A stretch of DNA of 32,000 nt from Candidatus Saccharimonadota bacterium (GTDB lineage Bacteria > Patescibacteriota > Saccharimonadia > Saccharimonadales > Saccharimonadaceae), in NCBI GenBank assembly GCA_016700015.1, contig CP064995.1, positions 480,001-512,000 on the forward strand. The letters are read 5' to 3'. Positions 8,801-17,902 of the stretch are shown piece by piece. The first letter of the stretch is position 1; each line of letters opens with the position of its first letter. The position numbers were made by a program, and so were the translations under genes. Below the pieces are notes generated by a model. The model saw only the letters and a list, made by a program, of their open reading frames with translations. It was not told where the DNA came from and made no database searches.

Positions 8801-9183
8801 AAAACATTACGGTCACTGACTACAAAACCGGCAAACCCAGCACTAGCTGGAAGGGGAGCACTGACTACGAAAAAATAAAGCTACATAAATATAAGCAACA
8901 ACTCATGTTTTACCAACTTCTCGTCGGGCATTCGCGCGACTATAGCAAGTATTCCTACCTAAAAGGCATCTTGCAATTCGTCGAACCAGACCGAAGTGGG
9001 ACTATCTATACCCTTGACGTGGTGGCAACCGAAGCAGAGTTGCATGTATTTCGTCAGTTACTGAAGGCAGTTTGGCACTGTATACAAAACCTCACCCTTC
9101 CCGACATTAGTCAGTTTGAGCCGACCTACAAAGGCATACTACAGTTTGAGAAATATCTTATTGACAATTATTCCAATAACTGA
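5881..9183 (+). CDS. UvrD/PcrA/AddA-like SF1 helicase fused to a C-terminal PD-(D/E)XK (RecB-family) nuclease
   Basis: Helicase motifs AGPGTGKTE, MVDEFQDTN, VGDDDQAIYSFQGA, TDNYRS, TVHKAKGLEFDSVYI, YVAMTRAK. C-terminal nuclease motifs LDLVEI..VTDYKTGK and QQLMFYQLL. Start set to GTG 5881 (TGTATAAT 5867-5874 is 6 nt upstream). The ORF-track extension 5683-5880 lies inside the structured RNA and its terminator. Confidence 0.85.
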   Translation: MAEFEKRYKQLNKAQREAVDSIEGPLLVIAGPGTGKTELLSMRAANILQKTDTLPQNILCLTFTDSGAAAMRQRLASIIGPDAYKVAIHTFHSFGSEVINQNSEYFYHGAAFKPADELTSHEILTGIFDELDYTNPLTSKMNGEYTYLSDAKTVISELKRNGLTSDELLTIIASNDIVLDSVEKELSRIFSERPSTTMLPLLVPLAKKVAELAPQPIPSAYTPLSNTLSLSMAHAFDHAVAANSTKPLTAWRDEWLEKNDQGSFVFKDRKRHAKLRALSHIYYAYLTRMEQAGLYDFDDMVLGVIHGLETQADLAYNLQEKYHYIMVDEFQDTNLAQLRVLFALTNSPLYEGKPNIMAVGDDDQAIYSFQGAEVNNIHRFRSQYPGMRLVVLTDNYRSAKPILLHAREVIIQGEDRLESTMSDLGLVKELVALTTPKAPKVQLMPFASQVEEYSWIARDIANHIESGQPASTIAILARRHSELVAMLPYLYANNITVNYERRDDVLSMDVVIALELIASIAVHLFDRDIEAADSLLPELLAHPAFLCDPEAVWRISLVSHRNHLSWLESMATTPEFAPLQQWLVSLALAVPHTPLEQFLDMLLGMPADSTKDDVVSYRSPLYEHYFSAEQLAINPEAYLVALDALRTIRAHLRDFKPNSPLHVRDFLEYTTMYRQIGTGITSLRRQADEIAGSVHLMTVHKAKGLEFDSVYIAGAHDGAWGERVRSRSRLIGYPENLQLAPAGNTYSERLRLFYVAMTRAKQQLSISHPTVAENGSTLLPASFLTGTSLTAIEQLSIPSSTEQNAQALVAWHDYYTRATTDSMQLLLAPLLETYKLSATHLNNFIDLSRGGPGTFLLNNLLRFPQAKSANAAYGTAIHTTLQRAHAHLSATGRRKPIEDVLGDFVKEMTNQHLDSSDTELFIQKGQDSLSAFLSQYYNSFTPSQRTELGFGNQSVVCDGVRLTGSLDLVEIIDQNITVTDYKTGKPSTSWKGSTDYEKIKLHKYKQQLMFYQLLVGHSRDYSKYSYLKGILQFVEPDRSGTIYTLDVVATEAELHVFRQLLKAVWHCIQNLTLPDISQFEPTYKGILQFEKYLIDNYSNN

Positions 9184-9189
9184 TATTAT
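9161..9189 (+). promoter_or_regulatory. Promoter TTGACA-17-TATTAT embedded in the 3' end of the helicase gene
   Basis: TTGACA 9161-9166, 17-nt spacer, TATTAT 9184-9189. Confidence 0.5.
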
Positions 9190-9226
9190 ACTTATATTCT
9201 GACCAGCCGATAAAGGGGTGAGGGCT

Positions 9227-9391
9227 TTGTTCAAGTCGGATAAAGACAAGGAGCGCGAAGCGCGTGAGCGCGCAGGCGCCAAGACCTGCCCCAAATGTGG
9301 TGGCAGAGGTGGCTTCGGCCCAGGTGGCTGTGGCGCGATAAGCCACGGACACTGCACAGTGTGCAATTGCACCGGCAGGGTCAATAAGTAG
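9227..9391 (+). CDS. 54-aa Cys-rich microprotein with DnaJ-type CxxCxGxG zinc-finger motif
   Basis: Below the ORF-track cutoff, so I translated it by hand: (TTG)FKSDKDKEREARERAGAKTCPKCGGRGGFGPGGCGAISHGHCTVCNCTGRVNK*. SD-like AAAGGGGTGA at 9212-9221. An alternative in-frame GTG lies at 9218. GC-rich. Confidence 0.5.
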   Translation: MFKSDKDKEREARERAGAKTCPKCGGRGGFGPGGCGAISHGHCTVCNCTGRVNK

Positions 9392-9555
9392 ACCTCGCTC
9401 GCTGCCGACGCGGCGGGCATTCGCCCTCAGTTCGGTGTTGGCCCACCATGCTGAGGGCAGAGAGGTGCTCCTTCAAGGAGCTGGCACACTGGGCAGGGGA
9501 TGAGACCTACTGCCGTGGAACTTTGGTGCCGCTTTAGTGAGGTCGAGCTCTCTCC

Positions 9556-9604
9556 GGCCGACAGACGCGCATTCCTCCAGCGCGCCTGTCGGCCTCTTTT
9601 TATT
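9556..9604 (+). terminator. Intrinsic terminator ending the 9161 promoter unit
   Basis: GGCCGACAG (9556-9564) pairs with CTGTCGGCC (9586-9594), with an inner GCGC/GCGC pairing, then TCTTTTTATT. Confidence 0.6.
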
Positions 9605-9612
9605 GGTTGTGC

Positions 9613-9641
9613 TTGCATTACACCACCCCTCATGCTAGGAT
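9613..9641 (+). promoter_or_regulatory. Candidate promoter TTGCAT-17-TAGGAT for the tRNA-like/tRNA-Arg unit
   Basis: TTGCAT 9613-9618, 17-nt spacer, TAGGAT 9636-9641. The -10 is weak. Confidence 0.35.
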
Positions 9642-9694
9642 ACGACAGCGGTCTTGTTCGGTGTGTCTACCAGACAGACAGGCAGGACCGACCA

Positions 9695-9760
9695 GGAGAG
9701 GTAGTTTAACGACTAAGAACGGCGCACCGCGCAAACCCGGGTTTGAATCCCGGCCTCTCC
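9695..9760 (+). ncRNA. tRNA-shaped element 1 (66 nt) lacking an anticodon arm
   Basis: Acceptor GGAGAGG/CCTCTCC. D-like stem GTTT/GAAC. T-arm CCGGG-TTTGAAT-CCCGG. The anticodon arm position holds only a GCGC-ACC-GCGC mini-hairpin. Confidence 0.4.
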
Positions 9761-9764
9761 CCCC

Positions 9765-9837
9765 CGAGCCGTTAGTGTAGCAGGGCATACTCTGGAGAAC
9801 CCCAGAGAAGCGGAGTGTTCGAATCCTCCCGGCTCGA
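9765..9837 (+). ncRNA. tRNA-shaped element 2 (73 nt), non-canonical; possible degenerate tRNA
   Basis: Acceptor CGAGCCG/CGGCTCG plus discriminator A. D-loop with GGG. Anticodon stem CTCTG/CAGAG with an 8-nt loop GAGAACCC (or a 6-nt loop in the other register). The TTCGAAT T-loop sits on a stem that pairs only after a 1-nt register slip (GGAG/CTCC). Confidence 0.4.
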
Positions 9838-9841
9838 CCGC

Positions 9842-9878
9842 GGTCGCACCACTTGACCACCAAATCGGTGGTGCGACC
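9842..9878 (+). other. 11-bp perfect hairpin between tRNA-like element 2 and tRNA-Arg
   Basis: GGTCGCACCAC (9842-9852) pairs with GTGGTGCGACC (9868-9878). The loop is TTGACCACCAAATCG. Confidence 0.4.
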
Positions 9879-9888
9879 CGCAAAACCA

Positions 9889-9960
9889 GCCTCATTAGCT
9901 CAGTGGCAGAGCGCTCACGTTCTAAGTGAGAGGTCACAGGTTCGAACCCTGTATGAGGCT
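9889..9960 (+). tRNA. tRNA-Arg (anticodon TCT)
   Basis: Canonical cloverleaf: GCCTCAT/ATGAGGC acceptor, GCTC-AGTGGCA-GAGC D-arm, CTCAC-GTTCTAA-GTGAG anticodon arm, ACAGG-TTCGAAC-CCTGT T-arm. CCA is not encoded. Confidence 0.9.
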
Positions 9961-9962
9961 CC

Positions 9963-10006
9963 GCTTCTGGCTGTCAGTTTCGACTGATAGCCAGGAGCCG
10001 CTTTTA
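9963..10006 (+). terminator. Intrinsic terminator after tRNA-Arg
   Basis: GCTTCTGGCTGTCAG (9963-9977) pairs with CTGATAGCCAGGAGC (9984-9998), with a few G-U pairs or mismatches, then CGCTTTTAAT. Confidence 0.6.
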
Positions 10007-10026
10007 ATATTCGCTATACTAATTAT

Positions 10027-11001
10027 ATGCAGACCTTTTGGCACAGACTCCCTACACCCTTTTTCATCCTTGCGCCCATGGAGGCGGTGACCGATGTTGT
10101 GTTTCGTCATGTCGTCGCCCAAGCTGGCCGGCCCGACGTCTTTTTCACGGAATTTACCAATGCCACTGGCTGGCACAGGGCGGGTGACAAAGCTATTGGC
10201 GGGCGACTTATCAAAACAAGCGACGAACACCCAATTGTCGCGCAGCTATGGGGGAGCGACCCGGGGGCGATGGCTGCACTTGGCATCCATTGTGCGCACC
10301 TCGGCTATGATGGTATCGACATTAACATGGGCTGCCCCGATCAATCTGCCGTTAAGGCCGGTGGCGGAGCTGGCATGATTCGCACGCCAGAAAAGGCCTA
10401 CGAAATGATTGCAGCAGCCAAACAGTCAGGGCTGCCCGTCAGTGTCAAAACACGGCTTGGCTATAGCAGCGTCGATGAGTGGCGTGATTGGCTCGGTGGC
10501 CTACTCTGCCAAGACATAGCCGTGCTTACTGTACATCTACGCACCAAAAAAGAAATGAGCAAAGTGCCCGCGCATTTTGAACTTATCCCCGAAATTATTG
10601 CTTTGCGCGACAGGCTTGCTCCTCAAACGCTCATCGTGATCAACGGCGACGTCCGCGACCGCAAGCATGGCCTGGAATTTGCAACACAGCATGGCGTCGA
10701 CGGCGTCATGATTGGTCGCGGTGTGTTCGCAAATCCTTTTTGTTTCCAAATGCTACATGGCGATGCAAGCGGCCATGAGCGCAGTGAGCTTATTAGTCTA
10801 CTACTATTTCATCTTGACGAATATGACCGCTATCACGAGCAAACGGGCCGGCCATTCGAAACCCTCAAGCGCTTTTTCAAAATCTATATCCGCGATTTTG
10901 ACGGTGCGAGTGATCTGCGCGACCAACTAATGCATTGTAAAACTACGCAAGACGTTCGTGCTTTACTAGAAAAGATCGATGTAATACTATCACATACGTA
11001 G
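10027..11001 (+). CDS. dus: tRNA-dihydrouridine synthase (Dus family)
   Basis: 324 aa. FILAPMEAVTDVVFR, GYDGIDINMGCP and VSVKTRLG are typical of the Dus TIM barrel. TATACT at 10015-10020 is 6 nt upstream of the ATG. Confidence 0.9.
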   Translation: MQTFWHRLPTPFFILAPMEAVTDVVFRHVVAQAGRPDVFFTEFTNATGWHRAGDKAIGGRLIKTSDEHPIVAQLWGSDPGAMAALGIHCAHLGYDGIDINMGCPDQSAVKAGGGAGMIRTPEKAYEMIAAAKQSGLPVSVKTRLGYSSVDEWRDWLGGLLCQDIAVLTVHLRTKKEMSKVPAHFELIPEIIALRDRLAPQTLIVINGDVRDRKHGLEFATQHGVDGVMIGRGVFANPFCFQMLHGDASGHERSELISLLLFHLDEYDRYHEQTGRPFETLKRFFKIYIRDFDGASDLRDQLMHCKTTQDVRALLEKIDVILSHT

Positions 11002-11045
11002 CCCGGTGACCTATCAAAAGATAGAGTTCGCCAGGAGTATCCACA

Positions 11046-11094
11046 CCCCGATCTTCCTGCCATCGCGCGCAGGGAAGGTCGGGGTACTTCTTTT
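11046..11094 (+). terminator. Intrinsic terminator after dus
   Basis: CCCCGATCTTCCTG pairs imperfectly with CAGGGAAGGTCGGGG, followed by TACTTCTTTT. Confidence 0.6.
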
Positions 11095-11120
11095 GTATAT
11101 ATTCATGCTATCATAACAGA

Positions 11121-12191
11121 GTGAAGCAGCCACTTGTTAGTATTATTGTGCCAGTGTTCAATGCAGCCCCACATCTGGAGCAGTGTGTTGAAAGTATCCT
11201 CATGCAAACATACCCTCACCTTGAGCTCCTGCTTATTGACGATGGCTCAACCGATGGCTCGAGCAACCTATGCGACCAGTTGGCGACCCATGACGCACGT
11301 ATTCAGGTGCTGCACGGTGCCAACAAGGGCCAAACTTATGCACGCACTGCTGGCCTGAAGCTTTCCAAGGGCGCCTATGTTCATTTTGTCGATGCCGACG
11401 ACTGGCTATCGCCAAATATGACCAAGATCATGGTTGGGTATGCCGAAAAACATCAAGCGGATATCGTTACTTGCGGCGCAGCGTTCCACTATGCCAAGCA
11501 TCATGTACCAGTCGGACAGCGTGTCCCGCTTGGTGTCTATAACAAAGCACGCTTAAAAAAAGAGCTCTACCCAAAAATGCTCTATAGTGGACAATTTTTC
11601 TATTTTGGAATCTACGCGGCGATGTGGAATAAACTTTTTCGCCGCGAAATTATAGAACCAAATATTTTAGCCGTTGACGAAACAATCAAAATCGGTGAAG
11701 ATGGCGTGGCGACGTATGGAGCGTTTCTTGATGCGAAAAAGGTAGTTGTGATTGAAGATCACCTTTATCAATACCGCGACAACAACGACTCGCTGACGCG
11801 CAGATATTGTAAGGAGCAATTTGATAATGCGCTACTGCTCATTCGAGAGCTGCGATTACTAAGCGACCGCAAGGGAGTGTATGATCTAAACCCGCAGATT
11901 GACTACTACTTTATGTACAACGTACGGAGCATCTTGCTCGAGGAGTTCTACTATCGTCATAGGAAGCCACTCGGTAGGCGCCTTCAGTATTTACGAAAGA
12001 TAGTTGCACACCCCGATGTTGCTACAATCGCCAGGCATATCAATCTTGACCACGGATTTAACGCTGTACAAACCCGCTTTTTCAAATTGCTACGTAGTGG
12101 CGACTTTACTCCACTTATTGCAGCCACTATGCGCGAGGCTTACTATATGCGTAGTCGCAAGCTGCTTCGTAAAGCACTTGGTCGGTATTGA
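11121..12191 (+). CDS. Family 2 glycosyltransferase
   Basis: VSIIVPVFNAAPHLEQCVESILMQTY..LLLIDDGSTDGS and VDADDW motifs. GTG start with TGCTATCAT (11106-11114) 6 nt upstream. Confidence 0.85.
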   Translation: MKQPLVSIIVPVFNAAPHLEQCVESILMQTYPHLELLLIDDGSTDGSSNLCDQLATHDARIQVLHGANKGQTYARTAGLKLSKGAYVHFVDADDWLSPNMTKIMVGYAEKHQADIVTCGAAFHYAKHHVPVGQRVPLGVYNKARLKKELYPKMLYSGQFFYFGIYAAMWNKLFRREIIEPNILAVDETIKIGEDGVATYGAFLDAKKVVVIEDHLYQYRDNNDSLTRRYCKEQFDNALLLIRELRLLSDRKGVYDLNPQIDYYFMYNVRSILLEEFYYRHRKPLGRRLQYLRKIVAHPDVATIARHINLDHGFNAVQTRFFKLLRSGDFTPLIAATMREAYYMRSRKLLRKALGRY

Positions 12192-12214
12192 TCCAAAAAT
12201 CGTTTGATATGATG

Positions 12215-12640
12215 CTACATTCGGCGTTTACGTCGATGTAGGTCGGCAACCTTGAGCCGGACAGCATGACGATCGACTAACTGGTGGGCCTTCTCGAGTT
12301 CAACTTGGTCTGTGGCTTCATCGCGAAGCTTTAAGGCGCGGTCAAGTGCAGCTTTGCTCTCAGCCTCAACAATGTCATCACCATGCTCAGCCTCATCAAC
12401 TAGTACCCGTACATGGTTGTTGCCAACTTCAATCACACCGCCACTAATCGCAAAGTACTCAAGTTGCTCATTGCTGTGGTGTTTGTCGCGACGGACACAT
12501 ATGACACCGGTCTTGGCCACACTTACGAGCGGCTCGTGGTCGGGAAAAACAGCAATCTCACCATCAACAGTTGGCAAGATAACTTCGTATACCTTTTCGT
12601 TGATCTTGCTTCCTGAAAGAGTAATGAGTTCGAAATCCAT
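12215..12640 (-). CDS. atpC: F1 ATP synthase epsilon subunit
   Basis: 141 aa, last gene of the atp operon, with an epsilon-like N-terminal beta-sandwich (..ILPTVDGEIAVFPDHEPLVS..). Confidence 0.9.
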   Translation of the reverse strand: MDFELITLSGSKINEKVYEVILPTVDGEIAVFPDHEPLVSVAKTGVICVRRDKHHSNEQLEYFAISGGVIEVGNNHVRVLVDEAEHGDDIVEAESKAALDRALKLRDEATDQVELEKAHQLVDRHAVRLKVADLHRRKRRM

Positions 12641-12646
12641 GTGTTG

Positions 12647-14293
<1,647 letters not shown>

Positions 14294-14294
<1 letters not shown>

Positions 14295-15160
14295 TATTTC
14301 ATCGCCTCCACACCCGCACTAATTTCACTCAGCTCCTGGGTAATTGCGCCCTGACGGGCTTTGTTCATCGCTAGCGTCAGATCGTCTACTAGGTCGGTTG
14401 CATTGTCGGTTGCATTTTTCATCGCTAACATACGCATACTATGCTCACTGGCGCGCGCATCAAGGAGCGCCTGGAAAAGTCGCGAACCCACTAGCCGATA
14501 AGCCACATCATCGAGCACGCGCTCGACCGACGGCTCGTACTCGGCATCGCGCACAAATTCGCTCACTTCCGTTTCGACAAATCCAGCAGGGAAGAGCCTT
14601 ATCACATCAGCGGTTTGCGTAATGCTGCTGACGAATTTGGTATAAATAACATCAACCGCATCAACTTTTCTCGTCTCGAATGCATCTTTTGCTGTGTTGA
14701 GAATTGCATGAAATTGTGAACCCTCAGGGTGATCTGGTAAATCTTCGTAGGTCCCAACCACTTCCGTGTGCTTAATTCTCGTGACAAAGCTTGCTGCTTT
14801 GCGACCTACAGCGACTGTGTAGTTCTTCACACCGTCTTTGTCATCAGAGCGCAAATTCTGTACATAGGCTTTGAGAACATTGGCATTGTATGCGCCAGCC
14901 AAGCCCTTATCACTCGCAATCACGATGATCATGCGAGACTTCACTGGTCGAGCAGTAAACCATCTATGGCCATTGGTTGCCCCCTGGCTCGACAAATAAC
15001 TCAGCAGCTCGTTGGCCGCATGGGCATAGGGCGCGCTGCCCTTAGTTGCATCTTGCGCACGACGCATTTTACTCGCTGCGACCATTTGCATAGCCTTGGT
15101 AATCTGCTTAGTGGACTTCACCGAGCGGATACGCGATTTTAGCTGCTGCGTCGAGGCCAT
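14294..15160 (-). CDS. atpG: F1 ATP synthase gamma subunit
   Basis: 288 aa with typical gamma termini (MAS..LKSRIRSVKSTKQITKAMQMVAASKMRRAQ ... ITQELSEI). Its start overlaps the atpA stop (TAATG). Confidence 0.95.
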
Positions 15161-16695
15161 TAGCCTTCAAATCCCTTCGCCACTAGTTTCGCGGTCTTGG
15201 TAATCAGTTTGCCAGCCGCACTGTCGTTTCCGAGCTTGTCGGTACCTTTTGTCAGTTCTTGCATAGCTTTTTTGTCATCGGCCCACAGGCGGGTCAGCAA
15301 GGCTTTTTGAGCATCCTTGATCTTGCTTGACGGCACTTCGTCAAATAAACCTTCGCTCACCGCAAACACACTAGCCGCTTGTTCCCACACGCTCATCGGC
15401 TGGTACTGTGGTTGTTTCAAAAGCTCGGTGAGGCGCTGACCGCGCTCAATTTGCGCCTTGGTGGCTTCGTCGAGGTCGCTCCCAAACTGCGCAAAACTGG
15501 CAAGCTCGCGGAACTGGCTCAGACCTAGCTTCAAATGACCCGATACGCTTTTTACAGTTTTGGTCTGGGCATCACCACCCACACGACTCACGCTAAGCCC
15601 CGCGCTAATAGCTGGCCGAATACCCTGGTAAAATAGATCAGTTTCCATGAAAATCTGCCCATCGGTAATGGAAATCACATTCGTAGGAATATAGGCTGAA
15701 ATGTCACCGGCTTGAGTCTCGATAATCGGCAGGGCAGTCAGTGAACCGCCACCCAGGTCGTCACTCAGCTTGCTGCTGCGCTCAAGGAGGCGCGAGTGTA
15801 GATAGAACACATCACCCGGAAACGCTTCACGGCCCGGTGGACGGCGAAGAAGAAGTGACATTTGGCGATAGGCGACAGCGTGCTTCGTGAGGTCATCATA
15901 AATCATCAGCGCATGTTCGCCCTTATCGCGGAAGTATTCACCCATAGCAGTACCGGCATACGGTGCCAGGTATAGTAGTGAGGCTGGGTCGCTAGGACTG
16001 GTCGCCACTACAATAGTTTGCTCCATCACACCTTCTTCTTTAAGACGCTCTACTAGCCTAGCAACTTTGCTGAGTTTCTGGCCAACAGCAACATACACGT
16101 TCACCACACCGGTTTTCTGGCGTGCCTGGTTGATCATAGTATCAATGGTAATAGCAGTCTTGCCAGTCTGACGATCGCCAATAATCAGCTCACGCTGACC
16201 GCGACCAATAGGGAACATGGAATCAATAGCCATAATACCGGTCATGAGCGGTTCGTGCACGTGCTTGCGCCCGAGTACACCCACCGCTTCGCGCTCTACA
16301 CGACCACGCGCTTTAGTGGTAAGTGGCCTGCCGCCGTCGAGCACTTCACCAAGCGGATTAACCACGCGGCCCAGTAGATCTTCGCCAACCGGCACGCTGA
16401 GCACTTCACCCTTAAGTTTTACGCTGTCACCGGCGGCCACACCTTGGTCGCTACCTAAAAGTACAGCACCGATTTCATCTTCCATGAGGTTCAGCGCAAA
16501 TGCTTCGACGACACCGGTTTTAGTCTCGATTTGAAGCACTTCACTGTAGCCAGCGTTTGTGAGCCCGTGCACCCATGCCACACCGTCACCCACACGGGTC
16601 ACAATACCTACTTGTTCCATATTGCCATCAAGGTCTAGCTTCGCAATCGCATCACGTAGGCCCTTGGATAGTTCTGTTACTGCTATATCAGCCAT
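15160..16695 (-). CDS. atpA: F1 ATP synthase alpha subunit
   Basis: 511 aa with Walker [11 protein letters not shown]. Unmistakable alpha sequence. Confidence 0.97.
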   Translation of the reverse strand: MADIAVTELSKGLRDAIAKLDLDGNMEQVGIVTRVGDGVAWVHGLTNAGYSEVLQIETKTGVVEAFALNLMEDEIGAVLLGSDQGVAAGDSVKLKGEVLSVPVGEDLLGRVVNPLGEVLDGGRPLTTKARGRVEREAVGVLGRKHVHEPLMTGIMAIDSMFPIGRGQRELIIGDRQTGKTAITIDTMINQARQKTGVVNVYVAVGQKLSKVARLVERLKEEGVMEQTIVVATSPSDPASLLYLAPYAGTAMGEYFRDKGEHALMIYDDLTKHAVAYRQMSLLLRRPPGREAFPGDVFYLHSRLLERSSKLSDDLGGGSLTALPIIETQAGDISAYIPTNVISITDGQIFMETDLFYQGIRPAISAGLSVSRVGGDAQTKTVKSVSGHLKLGLSQFRELASFAQFGSDLDEATKAQIERGQRLTELLKQPQYQPMSVWEQAASVFAVSEGLFDEVPSSKIKDAQKALLTRLWADDKKAMQELTKGTDKLGNDSAAGKLITKTAKLVAKGFEG

Positions 16696-16708
16696 CCGTT
16701 TGTCCTTC

Positions 16709-17092
16709 CTATATCTTAGCCCGGCTAAGCGCCAGGAGTTTATGCTTTATAGTTGCGTCGAGTTTCAACCCAGGCGTTTCGACAAGTACGCCGCCAATAA
16801 CTGAAGGGTCAACTTTCTCGCGGATATATAATGTATTGGCTGCAATCAATGCCTCAACCCGCTGACGCAGCTCGCTGTCGAGCGGGCGAGCAGTTGTAAC
16901 CGACGCAATGACCGTACCGCGGCGAGCGAGCGTGTCTTCAATTGCTCGCACCACTAGGGTACACTCACGAATCCGGCCAGACTCGACCAGGTAGCCAGCG
17001 ACATGTAGCAGGGCCTGGTCGAGTGAACGACCTGCTAGCATTTCATCAGCCACGTAGGCGGCCAGTTTACTGCGAGAAAGCTTGTCAGCCAT
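16709..17092 (-). CDS. atpH: ATP synthase delta (OSCP) subunit, short form (127 aa)
   Basis: Lies between atpF and atpA. C-terminal OSCP-like signature [25 protein letters not shown]. The ORF cannot extend upstream because it abuts the atpF stop. Confidence 0.8.
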   Translation of the reverse strand: MADKLSRSKLAAYVADEMLAGRSLDQALLHVAGYLVESGRIRECTLVVRAIEDTLARRGTVIASVTTARPLDSELRQRVEALIAANTLYIREKVDPSVIGGVLVETPGLKLDATIKHKLLALSRAKI

Positions 17093-17632
17093 TTACTTTG
17101 TCGCCTCGAGTGCTTTAGCGATGACTTTTTCGTCAATCGCCGGTGTTATCGCACCAGTCACTACTTTTTGCGTCGCCAGCGCCACGAGCTCGATCGTCTC
17201 ATTGTGAAGCGCCTTCTTGGCAGCAATGACATCTTTCGCGAGCGACTCACGTGCCATCGTGACAATGTGCTCGGCCTGCTGCTTGCCCTTTGTCTCGGCA
17301 TCAGCGACCATACTTGAGGCTTCGTCTTTCGCTGTCGCAACGATCTCACGTGCTTCCACGCGTGCTTCTGTCAGCAATTTGTCGATCTTTGCTTGAGTTT
17401 TGGCCGCGTTTTTCTCGGCCTCAACAGCTGCCCGAGTGCTCTCTTCAATCATTGCTTGGCGTTTATCAATCGTGCGAATGAAAACTGGGTACACCCATTT
17501 CCCAAGCGCAAATGTCAAAAGCCCAAACGCAACAATTTGAAAAATCAGTAGTGTCCCATCAATGCCAAGTGCAGTAACGACGCTCTCTTCTGGAGCCTCC
17601 GTTGTACTTGCAAATGTTGTCAGGATATTCAT
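17093..17632 (-). CDS. atpF: Fo ATP synthase subunit b
   Basis: One N-terminal TM helix followed by a long charged helix. Start moved to ATG 17632 (MNILTTF..), because the ORF-track start 17695 would overlap atpE. Confidence 0.8.
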   Translation of the reverse strand: MNILTTFASTTEAPEESVVTALGIDGTLLIFQIVAFGLLTFALGKWVYPVFIRTIDKRQAMIEESTRAAVEAEKNAAKTQAKIDKLLTEARVEAREIVATAKDEASSMVADAETKGKQQAEHIVTMARESLAKDVIAAKKALHNETIELVALATQKVVTGAITPAIDEKVIAKALEATK

Positions 17633-17639
17633 GCGCGTA

Positions 17640-17855
17640 CTATGCCTTTGCGATAAATGCCACAATGATACCAATGATTGCGAGTGAGTCAGCAAACACG
17701 ATCGCAGTGATCATGAGTGTGCGGATATCACTCAATTTTTCTGGGTTACGACCAAATGCGCTAAGCGCACCAGAACCAATCAACCCAATGCCGATTGCCG
17801 CGCCAAATGCAGGCAATGCGTAGGTTAGCCCAAATGCAAGTTCTTTTAGCTCCAT
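17640..17855 (-). CDS. atpE: Fo ATP synthase subunit c
   Basis: 71-aa hairpin proteolipid with a Gly-rich helix 1 (GAAIGIGLIGSG), an RNPE loop and a carboxylate in helix 2 (VFADSLAI). Confidence 0.9.
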   Translation of the reverse strand: MELKELAFGLTYALPAFGAAIGIGLIGSGALSAFGRNPEKLSDIRTLMITAIVFADSLAIIGIIVAFIAKA

Positions 17856-17902
17856 AGTGTTCTCCTTTTATCCTTATTGCTTATCTTTTACACCTATTAT
17901 CA

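Noticed and set aside
9392-9880. Possibility that this region is the missing tmRNA (standard or permuted)
   Set aside because: The T-arm-like and acceptor-like pieces are present, but each acceptor 5' strand lies only 40-60 nt upstream of its 3' strand. There is no plausible tag ORF ending in ..LAA. No 3' strand is followed by a CCA.
9427-9937. ORFs 9427..9633(-), 9500..9709(+), 9630..9863(-) and 9713..9937(-)
   Set aside because: They overlap a terminator hairpin, the tRNA-shaped elements and even tRNA-Arg. They are GC-driven open frames with no initiation signals.
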